This document shows positions 12,201 through 22,728 of a stretch of DNA of 41,552 nt, in pieces. The stretch is from NCBI GenBank assembly GCA_023334545.1, contig JAADVB010000171.1, forward strand, positions 1 through 41,552, written 5' to 3'. Numbering within the stretch: position 1 is the first letter of the stretch; each line of letters starts with the position of its first letter. The stretch comes from Salisapilia sapeloensis CBS 127946 (Eukaryota > Protista > Oomycota). The translations under genes and the position numbers were made by a program. The notes under the pieces were generated by a model. It had not been told where the DNA came from, did not search any database, and saw only the letters and a list, made by a program, of their open reading frames with translations.

Positions 12201-12701
12201 ATGACGAGTTTCCACCTTTTTTTCATCGCGGCTTTCCTTATCATGCGCGTACCAACTTGCGTAGCCACACCGCCTGTAATAGTAGTCGATGAAATACGTG
12301 AGAATGACGAAATGCTTAATCTAATGAACGAAGTTCGACTGAAGGCCATGGGCAGTCTTGAGGAGCAATTAACTCTGACGAAAGTTGCAGAAGAGATGGC
12401 AAACGAAACAGCTTTACATGAGGATGGAACTTACTTCAACGACGATTTGTTTGATCCGTTATTACAAAGTTATGGCCTTAAGTGCAAATCGTACGCGTGG
12501 CAAAATTTTCGCTATAAATGCTCAAGAGAGCGAATCCCTGCGGAAAATGAGAGATGCCGAGCATGGGCTTTGATGAGACTTGTTAGAGCGAATTTTCTTT
12601 TGGACGAAAGATTAAAAATAGCCGGGGTTGGCTTTGTAGCTCATCGGAAATGGCATTACTGGGCAGTCGTTTTCGCTCGAAGTTGCGATGTGTTAACCTA
12701 A
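12201..12701 (+). CDS. Secreted divergent CAP/SCP-domain protein
   Basis: 166 aa with a hydrophobic N-terminal signal (MTSFHLFFIAAFLIM...VA), MLNLMNEVR helix, and C-terminal NFLLDERLKIAGVGF...HYWAVVFA typical of CAP domains. Confidence 0.7.
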   Translation: MTSFHLFFIAAFLIMRVPTCVATPPVIVVDEIRENDEMLNLMNEVRLKAMGSLEEQLTLTKVAEEMANETALHEDGTYFNDDLFDPLLQSYGLKCKSYAWQNFRYKCSRERIPAENERCRAWALMRLVRANFLLDERLKIAGVGFVAHRKWHYWAVVFARSCDVLT

Positions 12702-13981
12702 GATCCAGTCTTATATACTTTTCAGGCGTCATGTCCTACTGAATCCAGTCACCACTGAGGACTACCAAACGCTTGTGGTCGTCATAGTACAAAAGAAATT
12801 GGATTGAATTGAGTTACTTGCTGATATACTTGCCTTCGTTCTTGCGCATCTTAAGCACAGTCTAAATCCTTTTCGTAGCCTACCTTCTCTAATTTTTGTA
12901 GCCACGTTGGCTATAGTCAACTTATAGAAGTATAGAGATATTAAAATGGAGGAATCAAAAGAATTAGCCTCACTGTCGTAGCCATCAGGCTTTCTACCTT
13001 CCCACAGACAAAAAGGTATGTGCTGTCGAATTGCGGAAATCTAGGAATTAAAGCAGCCATATGAAGAAAAATACGCTGAAAACTAAAAAGCTAGGCAAAA
13101 GTTTCGCTTTCAGACAGCCTGCTATATGTTTTCTCAATTCGGTTCGCATCCACTAAATCAGATCGAGGTAAACATAATTTGGTTTTTCATGTATTCGACA
13201 TGGTTTCTTAATTGATGCATAAAGGTATCGAGTTGCTTACAACATCGAATACATACTACATAGTGGTAAATATGATGCTTTTACTTTCCATTTCTTATCA
13301 GTAGAATTTGAAAGGCAAGTACACAATGCCAGATAAGTATTAAAATCCAGCTATAGTTTTCCCAAGAGCTAGATTGGTTGGAATGGGCTAGCCCAGTGCC
13401 AATGTGCATGAACGACAATGGCGCTTGGAGTTGTAGATTTTCTTACTAGCCACTGTTCAAGTTTCGTGCAGGATATCATGTACTATACTCTACCACGTAA
13501 ACCAAAGGTATATCATATTGGCAAAATCAAATACACGATGGCGAGTATCGGCCACCAAGAACTGCCAGATTGTACATGGTAGACAAAGCTTTATTTACAT
13601 TCATATGGCAACCTTGAAACAACCAATTTTTGGTAATGTCTAAGTTTCGTATGAAGAAGATTAATAATAGTAAAGTTTAGTTTTATCATGAATATAAATG
13701 CGCTATCCTAGAAAGTATAAGAATCGACATAATCCACCACTCATAATAGACAAGTCTAATCCACGATTCTGTGGCGTCCAAACCTCACTATACACGGGAG
13801 CAAACTAATGGGCTGCGTTCACTTACAAAGTATCGGATAACTCAAAATCTAACACTACTTTTTAATCTTTAACCCCACAGTTGAATGCGAGATGAGGCGC
13901 AACACTAAAGCATCACTATAGAATCATACGAGCCTCTTCAGTCTTTTCACTCTCCTTTATGATGATCGATGCCTAGTTGCT

Positions 13982-15900
13982 CAGCCCAACTGAAACTAAA
14001 CGTGAAGTCAACACTTGCATGGAATGCCAAATTTAGTCCAAAATAATTGATGGATTATAAAATAAAAATCGTTGCTTACCGTAGTGCATTAGATTAAACT
14101 GGAGAACAAACCAGGTAGTCAAATTACTCCTTGCTGTAATTTGACGCCATTGAGTTTCCAGGGCATATCCGAGCAAATGCATTGGTGAGAATCTGAATCG
14201 TCTTTTCAGCATCAAGTGGAAAGCAATTAGGGTCACTGCTTCCATGAGTGCGTATAATAAGATATCGATAGATCCTATCTTTAGGTCTTGAAAGGACATG
14301 ATACGTGTATGCGGATAGTATGTCGCATTTGGTAGGTGATATAGCACCAATGTATGCACAACATAAACTATTGGGATGGTGACTTCGACTAGTTCTGTCA
14401 TAATAAAATACTCGGCATGAAATAGTAGTTTCATTGCTTGATAAACGAGTTTGACATCCGCGATTGGGAATGGGTATGCCCATCATGATGGAGGTATTGA
14501 TCAGTAGATAATTCTACCGGCAGTATCTTCGTATCGAGATGCAATAATTGACTTTTAGCTCTTGACTGCTGTAATTTGATCCCTTGTACTACTGACTGGT
14601 GCATATTTTTTCCAGTTGCTCTTGACGGGTATTTAGGACGAACGTCAAACGTATTATCTACGAGATCATCGATACCAGGTTGCGATGGACCAATTTTGAC
14701 CATCGAATGATTCCGTTGGAAACCTTTAGCCGCACTCAGCGCCTGTACTTCTTTTTTAATACCCGGTTTTTAACATAACTCCAGAACGCTCGATACTAAG
14801 TCTTCGCTTGAATCGCTCGTTAAACTATGACGGTTCAATGCTTGAAGTAATGCTTTACCATCTTTTTCCATCTCCAATACTGACAGTGAAGCTTGTATAG
14901 CATCAACACCAATGAAAATGGCATATGTCCACATTGATTTGGCTGTCTGCATGCAAATAGAGACGAAGAGTGCATAAAATAACTGTATTACCATAAATGT
15001 GGGAGTCAGAAAGCGTCGAACATTGCATTAGTAGATGCATGTACGTACCTCGGCGTTAAATGTTGTGAGCTCCGGGATCGATTCAAATCTGGAAGACATA
15101 GCCCAAGCATAAAGATACTTAAATCCAAAATTTAGTAGTGGCAACACACCGACAAAAAGGACTTGTCATGTCTGAGATAGCTGTTGGAAGATAGCCTTGT
15201 AAATGTTGTAGACTACTAGCATCACGATGTGAAGTGATGTTATAATACCTTGGGCTTTTATCGCATCTATCTGGTCAGGACTGCCATCATACCCTGCTCC
15301 TTTAAGCAACAGGTAAAAGAGAGGTGTAAGTGCTGCTGTAAAAGGTAGTGAAGAAACCACCGTTGTGAAAGGAATAGGAAATCTCCAATATGCAGTAAGA
15401 ATAAGGTTGTCTGTAATTACGATCACTGCAGTGCCAATCGCAATAAGTAAAACTTTCATCAAATGAATCTGCACATTTGGTACAAAAGGCAAAACCTGAT
15501 AGACGAACAAAAAGCCTATAATAGTTGCAGAGATAAATTCCGGATCCAAAAGACAAGGCTATGATTCCAAGGTTCAAGCGGTGAACTCAGAGGCATGAGC
15601 TCCAAGGAAATATCGGCAAGGAGTCCCGGTAGCGTCACAAATACGCAGTACAATAGTATCCGCCAACTGGAGATCGTAGAGGTGTACCAATTGAAGTCGT
15701 AGAGACGCTCGATAGAGTATGCTCCTCGATTGTAAATCTGTATTTTAATGTATGCATCGTAGAGCTATACACTTCTGTCGAAAATTTTTCGACATTATCG
15801 TCTTGAAAGAAGCAGTGGAAAATTCTTCTTTCTCTTGCCGAAGAGCTTCTGATGGTGGATTGGAAGCAGCTATTTTCGTCTTTACGAATGTTATCTTACC
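13982..15900 (-). pseudogene. Pseudogene of the oomycete multi-transmembrane protein family (GxYSxERL ... GVDF type)
   Basis: Reconstructed RGAYSIERLYDF...ELMPLSSPLEPWNHSLVFWIR / EFIS...WRFPIPF...IPELTTFNAE|LFYAL...CMQTA...LLFHAEY...LETQ...HYG VDFTFSFSW. Lesions: frameshifts at about 15540 and 14432, in-frame TGA at 15166-15168, in-frame TAA at 14770-14772. One intact intron (14983-15048). The last intron acceptor appears damaged. Outer boundaries are approximate. Confidence 0.8.
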
Positions 15901-17126
15901 ACCTTCGTATTACAAGGAAGCAGTCGTGTAGCAACTTAATGCACATGATCCTCGAAACGGACTCTATCGAATAATATTTATAGATATCAGGGATCTTCTC
16001 TCGAAAGCGAGGTCTTCTTATCAGATAGACATTTCAGATCCGTGCTCGGTCTATCGTTCATTTTCGGTCACGCCAATGCAACATTTGAGCAGACTGAGCT
16101 ATTACGCTTTATACCTTATACGTTGGACCTTGGTGTACTCCCCTTTTAGCGGCTAACGAATATTAAAAACCAACAAAATTGGACAGTTGAATGCTGCAAG
16201 GATGACTTTGCCTTGAATCAAAAGAGCAGACCGATCAGGAAGCAAAGTTGAAGCTCGTGCTTGAAGTTTAGTTGAATCTCAACTAAACTTCAACAATAGA
16301 CAGTTCTACCACCTTGTATCCGATCTTACGGTTCCGTCTTGACGCTAAGATCGTTCTGCGTGTCGGAGCTTCTATCGTAGTGACCCCTTCATTCTCATTG
16401 TATAGCATACCTAATGAAAAGTGTATTAACATTGCATCATTGAACGCTTTGATCGTGCATTCATCTTGGTATCTTTTGAAATGTTAAACGATCCCTTCCA
16501 ACAGTCCATTGCACCTGCAGCGAAACATCTTGCGACCATTTCAGCTATCCGTACCATCTCATGAAAACTTCTAATGTAGTAGTGCGCATGCCATCCAAGC
16601 CGCAGTAAATATTGCTGTGATCACGCTGATAACACACAAGCGAAGCCAGTACATGAATTTAAGGATCCTCAGACACTGCAAGCGGCTTTGATACGAGCAT
16701 CACGCGCGCAAACATCAAAAGTTGTACAAGCGAGGATATCCTACACAAAAACAAGACGACCAGGCGCCACTTTTATGTCAGGCTGTGGGAAGATCTTTGA
16801 CCAAGGGAAGGAGTACAGACCCAATGAAGCAAAGGCAGCGGTTGCACATCGAAGATATTTCATATCTGTTGTCATGTACATCGCTGGCATCGAAATACCC
16901 GTTCACGCGTATCTCTGCCTGCATAGAGGTCGATCACCACACCATCTCTACACTTGATACGCACCTAATTATCCCTTAACTCATTTAACCATGAGTTTAC
17001 TTGCGTAAAGGATTAAGAGAACGTATCCAACGTAGCGAGCAAAATAGTTGTTTTATTCATGAAAAGTAGCGTAAATCCTATCTGCATGTCGACCATGCAC
17101 TTTCAAAGAGAAAGATGAAGTGCGAC

Positions 17127-18518
17127 TTAGACAGTTTCATTGTCAAACTGTCTGCCATCATATCTAGGCTGTTCAGAGAAGAATGTCATTCTGCTCTGAG
17201 CATTCGGCGAGCCAAGAGGTGTGTACTTGGCTCTGCGAGCTCTCGTGCGCACGGCAACCAACGCGAGTACAATCATCGCACACGCAGCAATTGCGCCAAA
17301 CATTCCTCCGGCCATCATTGGACTCGACGATTCGATCGCAGCAGGTGCTGACGGTGCCTTGGCACTCAAATCGATGTCAGTAGGAGTGATGTGGTGTTCG
17401 ATGAGCGCTTCTCTGCAGTGTCCGTAGTCCTCATTCTCGCCTCGGATCGGGTGGTGAGACCAGACCTCCTTCAGCATACTCACAGTCGGTCGAGCGTACA
17501 GCTGGTCCATCTTCCCTCCGTCTTCCGGACGTTCCGCTCCGTATAAGCCAAAGTACTCTTCAGCGAGGTAGCCCATTGGGAAAGCAGAGTTTTTCACCGT
17601 TCCCAAATTGTGCTGGTCGCGGTCTCCCTGCTTCCACCATTCGTCACGGTATTCAAAGATGAATCCGCCGACAAGAACTTGCTCATCCAACCCATCGGTC
17701 AAATTGTAGTTTTGATCCATCGCGATCGTTTGCTTGACAAGCTCTTCACCAACGACCGTCAACTCTTCATCGTCACCTTCACGCTTGTTGTTCGCATACG
17801 GGAAGCCATACTCCGACACGAGCAACGGCTTGACTGTCGGCACTGTTTTGTATTGCGGGATCACCGAACCGGGGTAGTCCGTCTGGTACACGTTGTTACC
17901 CCAGAGATCAACATCAACGCCATACTTTTCACCAGCAGTGAACGTGAGTCCACCATCATCCACGAACGTAGTCGTGATAATTTTGTGCGGGCTGTTGATT
18001 TCCTCCAGTCCCTTTCGAATGGCAGCAGACAAGAGGTTCATCTTGTGCCAGAAGGCGTCCGTATGGATCAACAGCATGCTGTTCATTTCACCACCGATCG
18101 AGTAGCCGAGTACACCTGGGTGGTGACCTGTGAGCTTAGCCATCTCGTAATAGTTGTGCACAAAGCGCTGGAAGTCCGGACCGTCGACCGGGTGGTGGGA
18201 CATCATGTAGTCCATGTCGATCCAGATACTGAAGACGGTGTAGATCGGATCGACGCCGTCATTGTAGGCAGCGTCGAGGTATCCTTCGTGGTCCACGTCC
18301 GAGTAAAAGTCGTACGTCTTGACCGCGTTGGCATGCATGGCACGAAGGTTGGCCAAGTCGCGTTCGTAGATCTCGCGATGGCCGAGCATGTCCATGCGTC
18401 CAGGGTATCCGATGGGCGTTGGCGCATAGTTGATACCGCGAATGAAGAAGGTTTCGTTGTCCTTCAAGAGCTTGCGGCCACACACCGTCCATTCAGTGTT
18501 CTTGACTTCTTTCGTCAT
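17127..18518 (-). CDS. Clan GH-A (beta/alpha)8 glycoside hydrolase (GH2/GH5-like) with a C-terminal transmembrane helix
   Basis: 463 aa. FFIRGINYAP, RDLANLRAMHANAVKTY, HPGVLGYSIGGE (acid/base position), KPLLVSEYG (nucleophile), GGFIFEYRDEWWK. Hydrophobic MFGAIAACAMIVLALVAV is followed by basic RTRARRAK. Confidence 0.8.
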   Translation of the reverse strand: MTKEVKNTEWTVCGRKLLKDNETFFIRGINYAPTPIGYPGRMDMLGHREIYERDLANLRAMHANAVKTYDFYSDVDHEGYLDAAYNDGVDPIYTVFSIWIDMDYMMSHHPVDGPDFQRFVHNYYEMAKLTGHHPGVLGYSIGGEMNSMLLIHTDAFWHKMNLLSAAIRKGLEEINSPHKIITTTFVDDGGLTFTAGEKYGVDVDLWGNNVYQTDYPGSVIPQYKTVPTVKPLLVSEYGFPYANNKREGDDEELTVVGEELVKQTIAMDQNYNLTDGLDEQVLVGGFIFEYRDEWWKQGDRDQHNLGTVKNSAFPMGYLAEEYFGLYGAERPEDGGKMDQLYARPTVSMLKEVWSHHPIRGENEDYGHCREALIEHHITPTDIDLSAKAPSAPAAIESSSPMMAGGMFGAIAACAMIVLALVAVRTRARRAKYTPLGSPNAQSRMTFFSEQPRYDGRQFDNETV

Positions 18519-18559
18519 GGTGCGTCCGATGAAAATTTCGACTTATGCGGGAACGATCG

Positions 18560-18572
18560 AAATGGGAAATGA
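18560..18572 (-). promoter_or_regulatory. Inr+FPR core promoter of the glycoside hydrolase gene
   Basis: Minus strand reads TCATTTCCCATTT, an exact fit to TCATTYYNCAWTT, about 45 nt upstream of ATG 18518. Confidence 0.55.
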
Positions 18573-18836
18573 GAGTGAGGTAACTTGGTTTTTGGTTGCT
18601 TCTGAAGATCTTGTTTGGTGGTATACAAACATCAAGAGTACAGAAGGATCGAAGGATTGAGAACATAAACATTTGACCGAATGGGAACGAAAGAATATAT
18701 GAAAAATATGGATCAGACCGTCATCGTTGTATGGAGCCACGTCGCTTGTTGCCTGATTATTGTCTTGACAGACGCAAACTGAACGAGGGAATTAAAATGA
18801 AAAGTTTCTTTCCTGTCAATTACCAAGCAACGGAGG

Positions 18837-19310
18837 CTACACTCGACCGGCCCACACGGCAAACGAGTGCAGGACGATGGACGCTGCGACACAGACGTTC
18901 AGGGAGGCCGTGCCGCCGCCAAATTGAGGAATATAGACACATCCATCACAAATCGCTAATTGTGTTTGACTGAGACCGGCGCCTTCGTTGCCCAGGATGA
19001 AGGCGGTGTCGCCATCGAACGGCTGCTCTGTTAAACTTTTCGCATTGGACAGAATCTCGACACCGAGGATGCGAATGTGGCGATCGTAGCAATACGCGCG
19101 ACACTCGGCCAGTGAATCTAGCCGGATGATTTGACAGTGCAAACGGTTTAAAAAGGCGGCATGCTCGCTTAGGTCGAATTTTTTCTGACCGACCACCAGC
19201 ACTTCCTGCACACCGAAAGTAGACGCACTCACAAGCATGTTCTTAATGTTCTTCATCTTTTGCACATTGTTCAGAATGAGCACATGCCGCGGTCGGCGCC
19301 CAGTGTCCAT
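18837..19310 (-). CDS. SpoU/TrmH-family (SPOUT) RNA 2'-O-methyltransferase, 157 aa
   Basis: VLILNNVQKMKNIKNMLVSASTFGV, RILGVE, FILGNEGAGLS, YIPQFGGGTASLNVCVAASIVL are SpoU knot motifs. The first ATG is at 19310; the track's longer start is not an ATG. Confidence 0.88.
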   Translation of the reverse strand: MDTGRRPRHVLILNNVQKMKNIKNMLVSASTFGVQEVLVVGQKKFDLSEHAAFLNRLHCQIIRLDSLAECRAYCYDRHIRILGVEILSNAKSLTEQPFDGDTAFILGNEGAGLSQTQLAICDGCVYIPQFGGGTASLNVCVAASIVLHSFAVWAGRV

Positions 19311-20570
19311 TTCTTCAGCTGAAGTATTCGTAGTATACCACCTGGTGTGCGAGGTAGGATTCTGGTGCGTGTATGTAATGTTGCTCGAAGGTTGTTGACA
19401 AGTGCTCAGTAGATCGGTCTGATATCGTATCTGCTTGAGTCCTACCTCTTCGTTTAGACGAAGATCAGAAGTAGGAAGCGCATGTAGCAAGCAAACGAGC
19501 AACTCTTGCCTTTTGCACTGCTACTTGAACCTGCGACTAGTAGGCGTTGTGTCAACAGAGTCGAAAGCGTAGGACGTTGAGTTGTCTGAACGCACGACTG
19601 GTTGTAGTAACCTTGTTAATGGAAAGTTGGGATCTCAGGTGGGGTCTTCACCTGAGCACCCGCCACTTCAAGTAGTTGTTTTTCTCACCACTTGAGCTTA
19701 AGCACTACTCCCTATTAGCGGAAACTTACATATCGCACGAGTTTATTCGGACGCAAGCGCCAGTAAACTGAGAAAATATAGATTATTTTGCTGCAGAGCT
19801 AGTCGTCACGGCACACCTCAGAAGAACCCCCAAAATTTGGGGTCCGTTTTGTGGCGTTAGCGGGTTCATCATATATGAGACGACGTAAAACAAAATAATG
19901 CTTATCAACCAAATACCCGGTTTGAATCTTTGTACATCATTCGAAAGCGCTTGATCTCTGCTTTGTTTTAATGCAGCTATGGTACACAAATTCACATTCT
20001 CCCTGAAAACGAAGCAATAGAAAAAGGGTCTTCTCGCTATGCGAAAATTTTGATTTTGCATTATGGTTAGCCGTAGGTTTAAATTGGAACTGCGAATCTG
20101 ATAGTGAGGTCAATATGGTAATTATATCTTTCTTGTGGGCTAGAATTGGGCATTTGTAAGGCTGCTCTTTTATTATGCATAGTAAAGTAGCAGTAGAGAA
20201 TAGCGTTTTCTCCAAATCTCGTTTTCGTACCTAAACGACTACCAAACTTTAATTGAAAATGAGGTGCTTTTTTAAAAGGATTGTCATGCCCAGTAAGGCT
20301 GTGTTTGCTGGGCAGATATTCAGGGTTAATGCAAGGGAATAATAGGCATTATGGAAACAAACATGAATGGATTCTAATAGGGATCGATGCCTATGCCTTC
20401 GATGGTTCGGTCTACTCTTACGTCGCTATCCACTTATCCCTTCCTATCCAAGTATATCGTCTACTCCTCTGTTATATCTTGATCGGGAATCGTATCGAGC
20501 GTATCTTGGTTTCTCGTCGGAATTTATGCAGGTTGAAGTGGCATTCGATTTACTTACGGTATTGAGCTTT

Positions 20571-20758
20571 TCGCCATTTCAGTGGCTTCACCTAGGCTAT
20601 CCGACCACCGCCATTTGTAGTTGTCCCACCCGATCCACCACCCGAATCTATCGCGAGTCAGCAACCTCAGACCGTTTTTAGACGGCAGGACTCCTAGTGG
20701 TCTTAGAGTAACCGTTTATATACTCTTTGCAACAACAAAAAAATCGCCATTTCAGTGG
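20571..20758 (+). mobile_element. Possible short retroposed insertion (158 bp, A-rich tail) flanked by a 15-bp direct repeat
   Basis: TCGCCATTTCAGTGG occurs at 20571-20585 and 20744-20758. The intervening sequence ends in CAACAACAAAAAAA directly before the second copy. Confidence 0.4.
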
Positions 20759-21900
20759 GACAGAGTACAGTGTGTGTCGCAAATGTCTCTCAACTATTCC
20801 GTCCACCACTGTACTTGGTCTGCTCCGAAATAATAGCGAATAGTTAACTAGCGCAAGTAAAACGAAGAGCTCTCCGAGTCCTTCGCGCTGTTTTTCAAAT
20901 TTGCACATTTCGAGCACCAGGCGTGACTGGAAGTCTTCTCGAAGCTCCTTTCCTCATTCCATCAAGGACGAAAACAGAGACAGAACAAGAATATTAATTC
21001 GCATCTCCATTGGCAGTAAAGAACACTCGCTTATGCATACGATATAGTGGGAAAAAGATATATTGAAGTGCCAAGTTAGGTTTCCATAGCATGTAGCGAC
21101 TCCGACTCGGCAATTCTCAACGAACTCAGAGCTGTCCGATTCGATTACCAAGGATAGAGTTACGAAAGGCGAATTATCAGTCATGCCGAACCTATATTCA
21201 GCGCGAATACGGTCTAGATGATGTTGAAGGGTATTCCTATTTAAGCATAATTTGTCGCGAAAAAACTCGCCTAACTGTTGCAACTTTAACACACATCATG
21301 CTACAACAAGCATGGAAACTGGTATCTCGATTTAAATCTAAAGCAGAGCACAAGAGGGGAGATGTAGTAACAACATAAAGTGGCATCTCCATTGCCAGCA
21401 CCATACACTTGCTTCTGCGATCCTAATTTGGCGAAATACTTACATTAAAGCATTTCGTTGGGTTCCATTGGGAAGTGGCAAAGCAAAATCGGCGATTCTC
21501 AACGAACGCGGAATTGTCTGGTTCGATTATCGTTAGTAGAGCTACAAGATCTTTATCCTCAATTATGCTGAATCGGTATTCTGCGTCAGCACGGCCTAAA
21601 CTGTATTTGATGAGAGAAATGGCGCGATCGAACCTACCTCTACTTGCCTGCCGTGGTTGAACTAGCAAGCAAATTTCAAAAGCGGAAAGCCGGAGCAACG
21701 TTGTATGGAAGGTGATCTAGGGTGGAGTACCACAGTTCTAGCGCATTACATGATGGTCACAGGCGACTTATCACTACAATGGCTGACCGAGAGAGTGACA
21801 CAGCGCCTCCCAGATACCGATACAGAATGTTCATTACAAATGCTGCCCATGGCGAGTTATCCCTGGGGCTCTACGATAACGTAGGTGAAGGCGCTCAAGT
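20678..21900 (-). pseudogene. Decayed gene encoding an internally repeated unknown domain (382-bp period)
   Basis: Two alignable copies: LDRIRAEYRFG...VIESDSSEFVENCR...AT...FNIS...CSLLPMEM and LGRADAEYRFS...IIEPDNSAFVENRR...AT...FNVS...CMVLAMEM. In-frame stops at 21423 and 20954 and a frame change between the copies. Confidence 0.55.
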
Positions 21901-22728
21901 CATGAGATCTTTCGTATCATTTCAATAAGCACTCGCGGCTACACACGCACGCCAGCACCCAGAAACACGCCACTTCGATCTGCGCCTCTACCTGTGTGCA
22001 TGTGGAATGGATAAAATGCGAAGAAAAATAGCAGAATTCTCAATATACTTTTTTTAGACTTAACAGCAAGAATACTATCGCAAAAACGTGCGTACAAATT
22101 CATCTCGCAAATGTATACGGCCTCCTTCGGGAAATCCGAGGATCAGTGCATACAAAAAGCGCATGGAAATCAAGTCTGCGATCCAGTCGGCGATTGGTAC
22201 AAATTTTCCAGCGGTGGGTGCTACTTCCGGGAAGGTTTCGCCGCAGCTGCGATGGTACCACCATGTTTTTGTCTTTCTTACGTCAGCGCTTTCGGCCGGA
22301 TTGTAGAGAGCATACTCTTCCAACTTCGCTTGTAATGCGTTCGTGTTCGTTGAACGGCAGCGAACGCCGTTGAATTGGATCTTATCGTGATGTCCTCCCG
22401 ACATTGCCGATGCAATTCGAAGCTTCCGCACATACCTCGCCTGAGCTAGCAAGACCTTCGCACTGCTGGTAGGATGGCACCTTGCAAAATTAGTGCAAGA
22501 CCATGACCAACGCGACGCAATTTTTCACTTGTATCGCTCTCGATCGTGTGCTTCTTACAAAGCGTGGCATGTCGTGCCGAGCACTTTTTTCGTTGAAGTT
22601 ATATGGCTTCATTTTTTTCACAATCCGCCTCGTCTGCGCAGATCCATCTTGAGCATCCCCGTTCCTGGTCCCGAGGCACGAGCTCGTCCATTCCTTAATT
22701 CTCCACCTCAAGTGCAAATCAAACAAGC

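Noticed and set aside
15166-15168. In-frame TGA as possible selenocysteine or readthrough codon
   Set aside because: The same gene also has a TAA stop and frameshifts, so pseudogenisation is the simpler explanation.
17610-18572. 320-aa plus-strand ORF
   Set aside because: Antisense shadow of the glycoside hydrolase with no recognisable motifs; explained by the codon bias of the real gene.
19311-19502. N-terminal extension of the SpoU ORF
   Set aside because: Non-ATG start and no recognisable domain; treated as 5' UTR/promoter.
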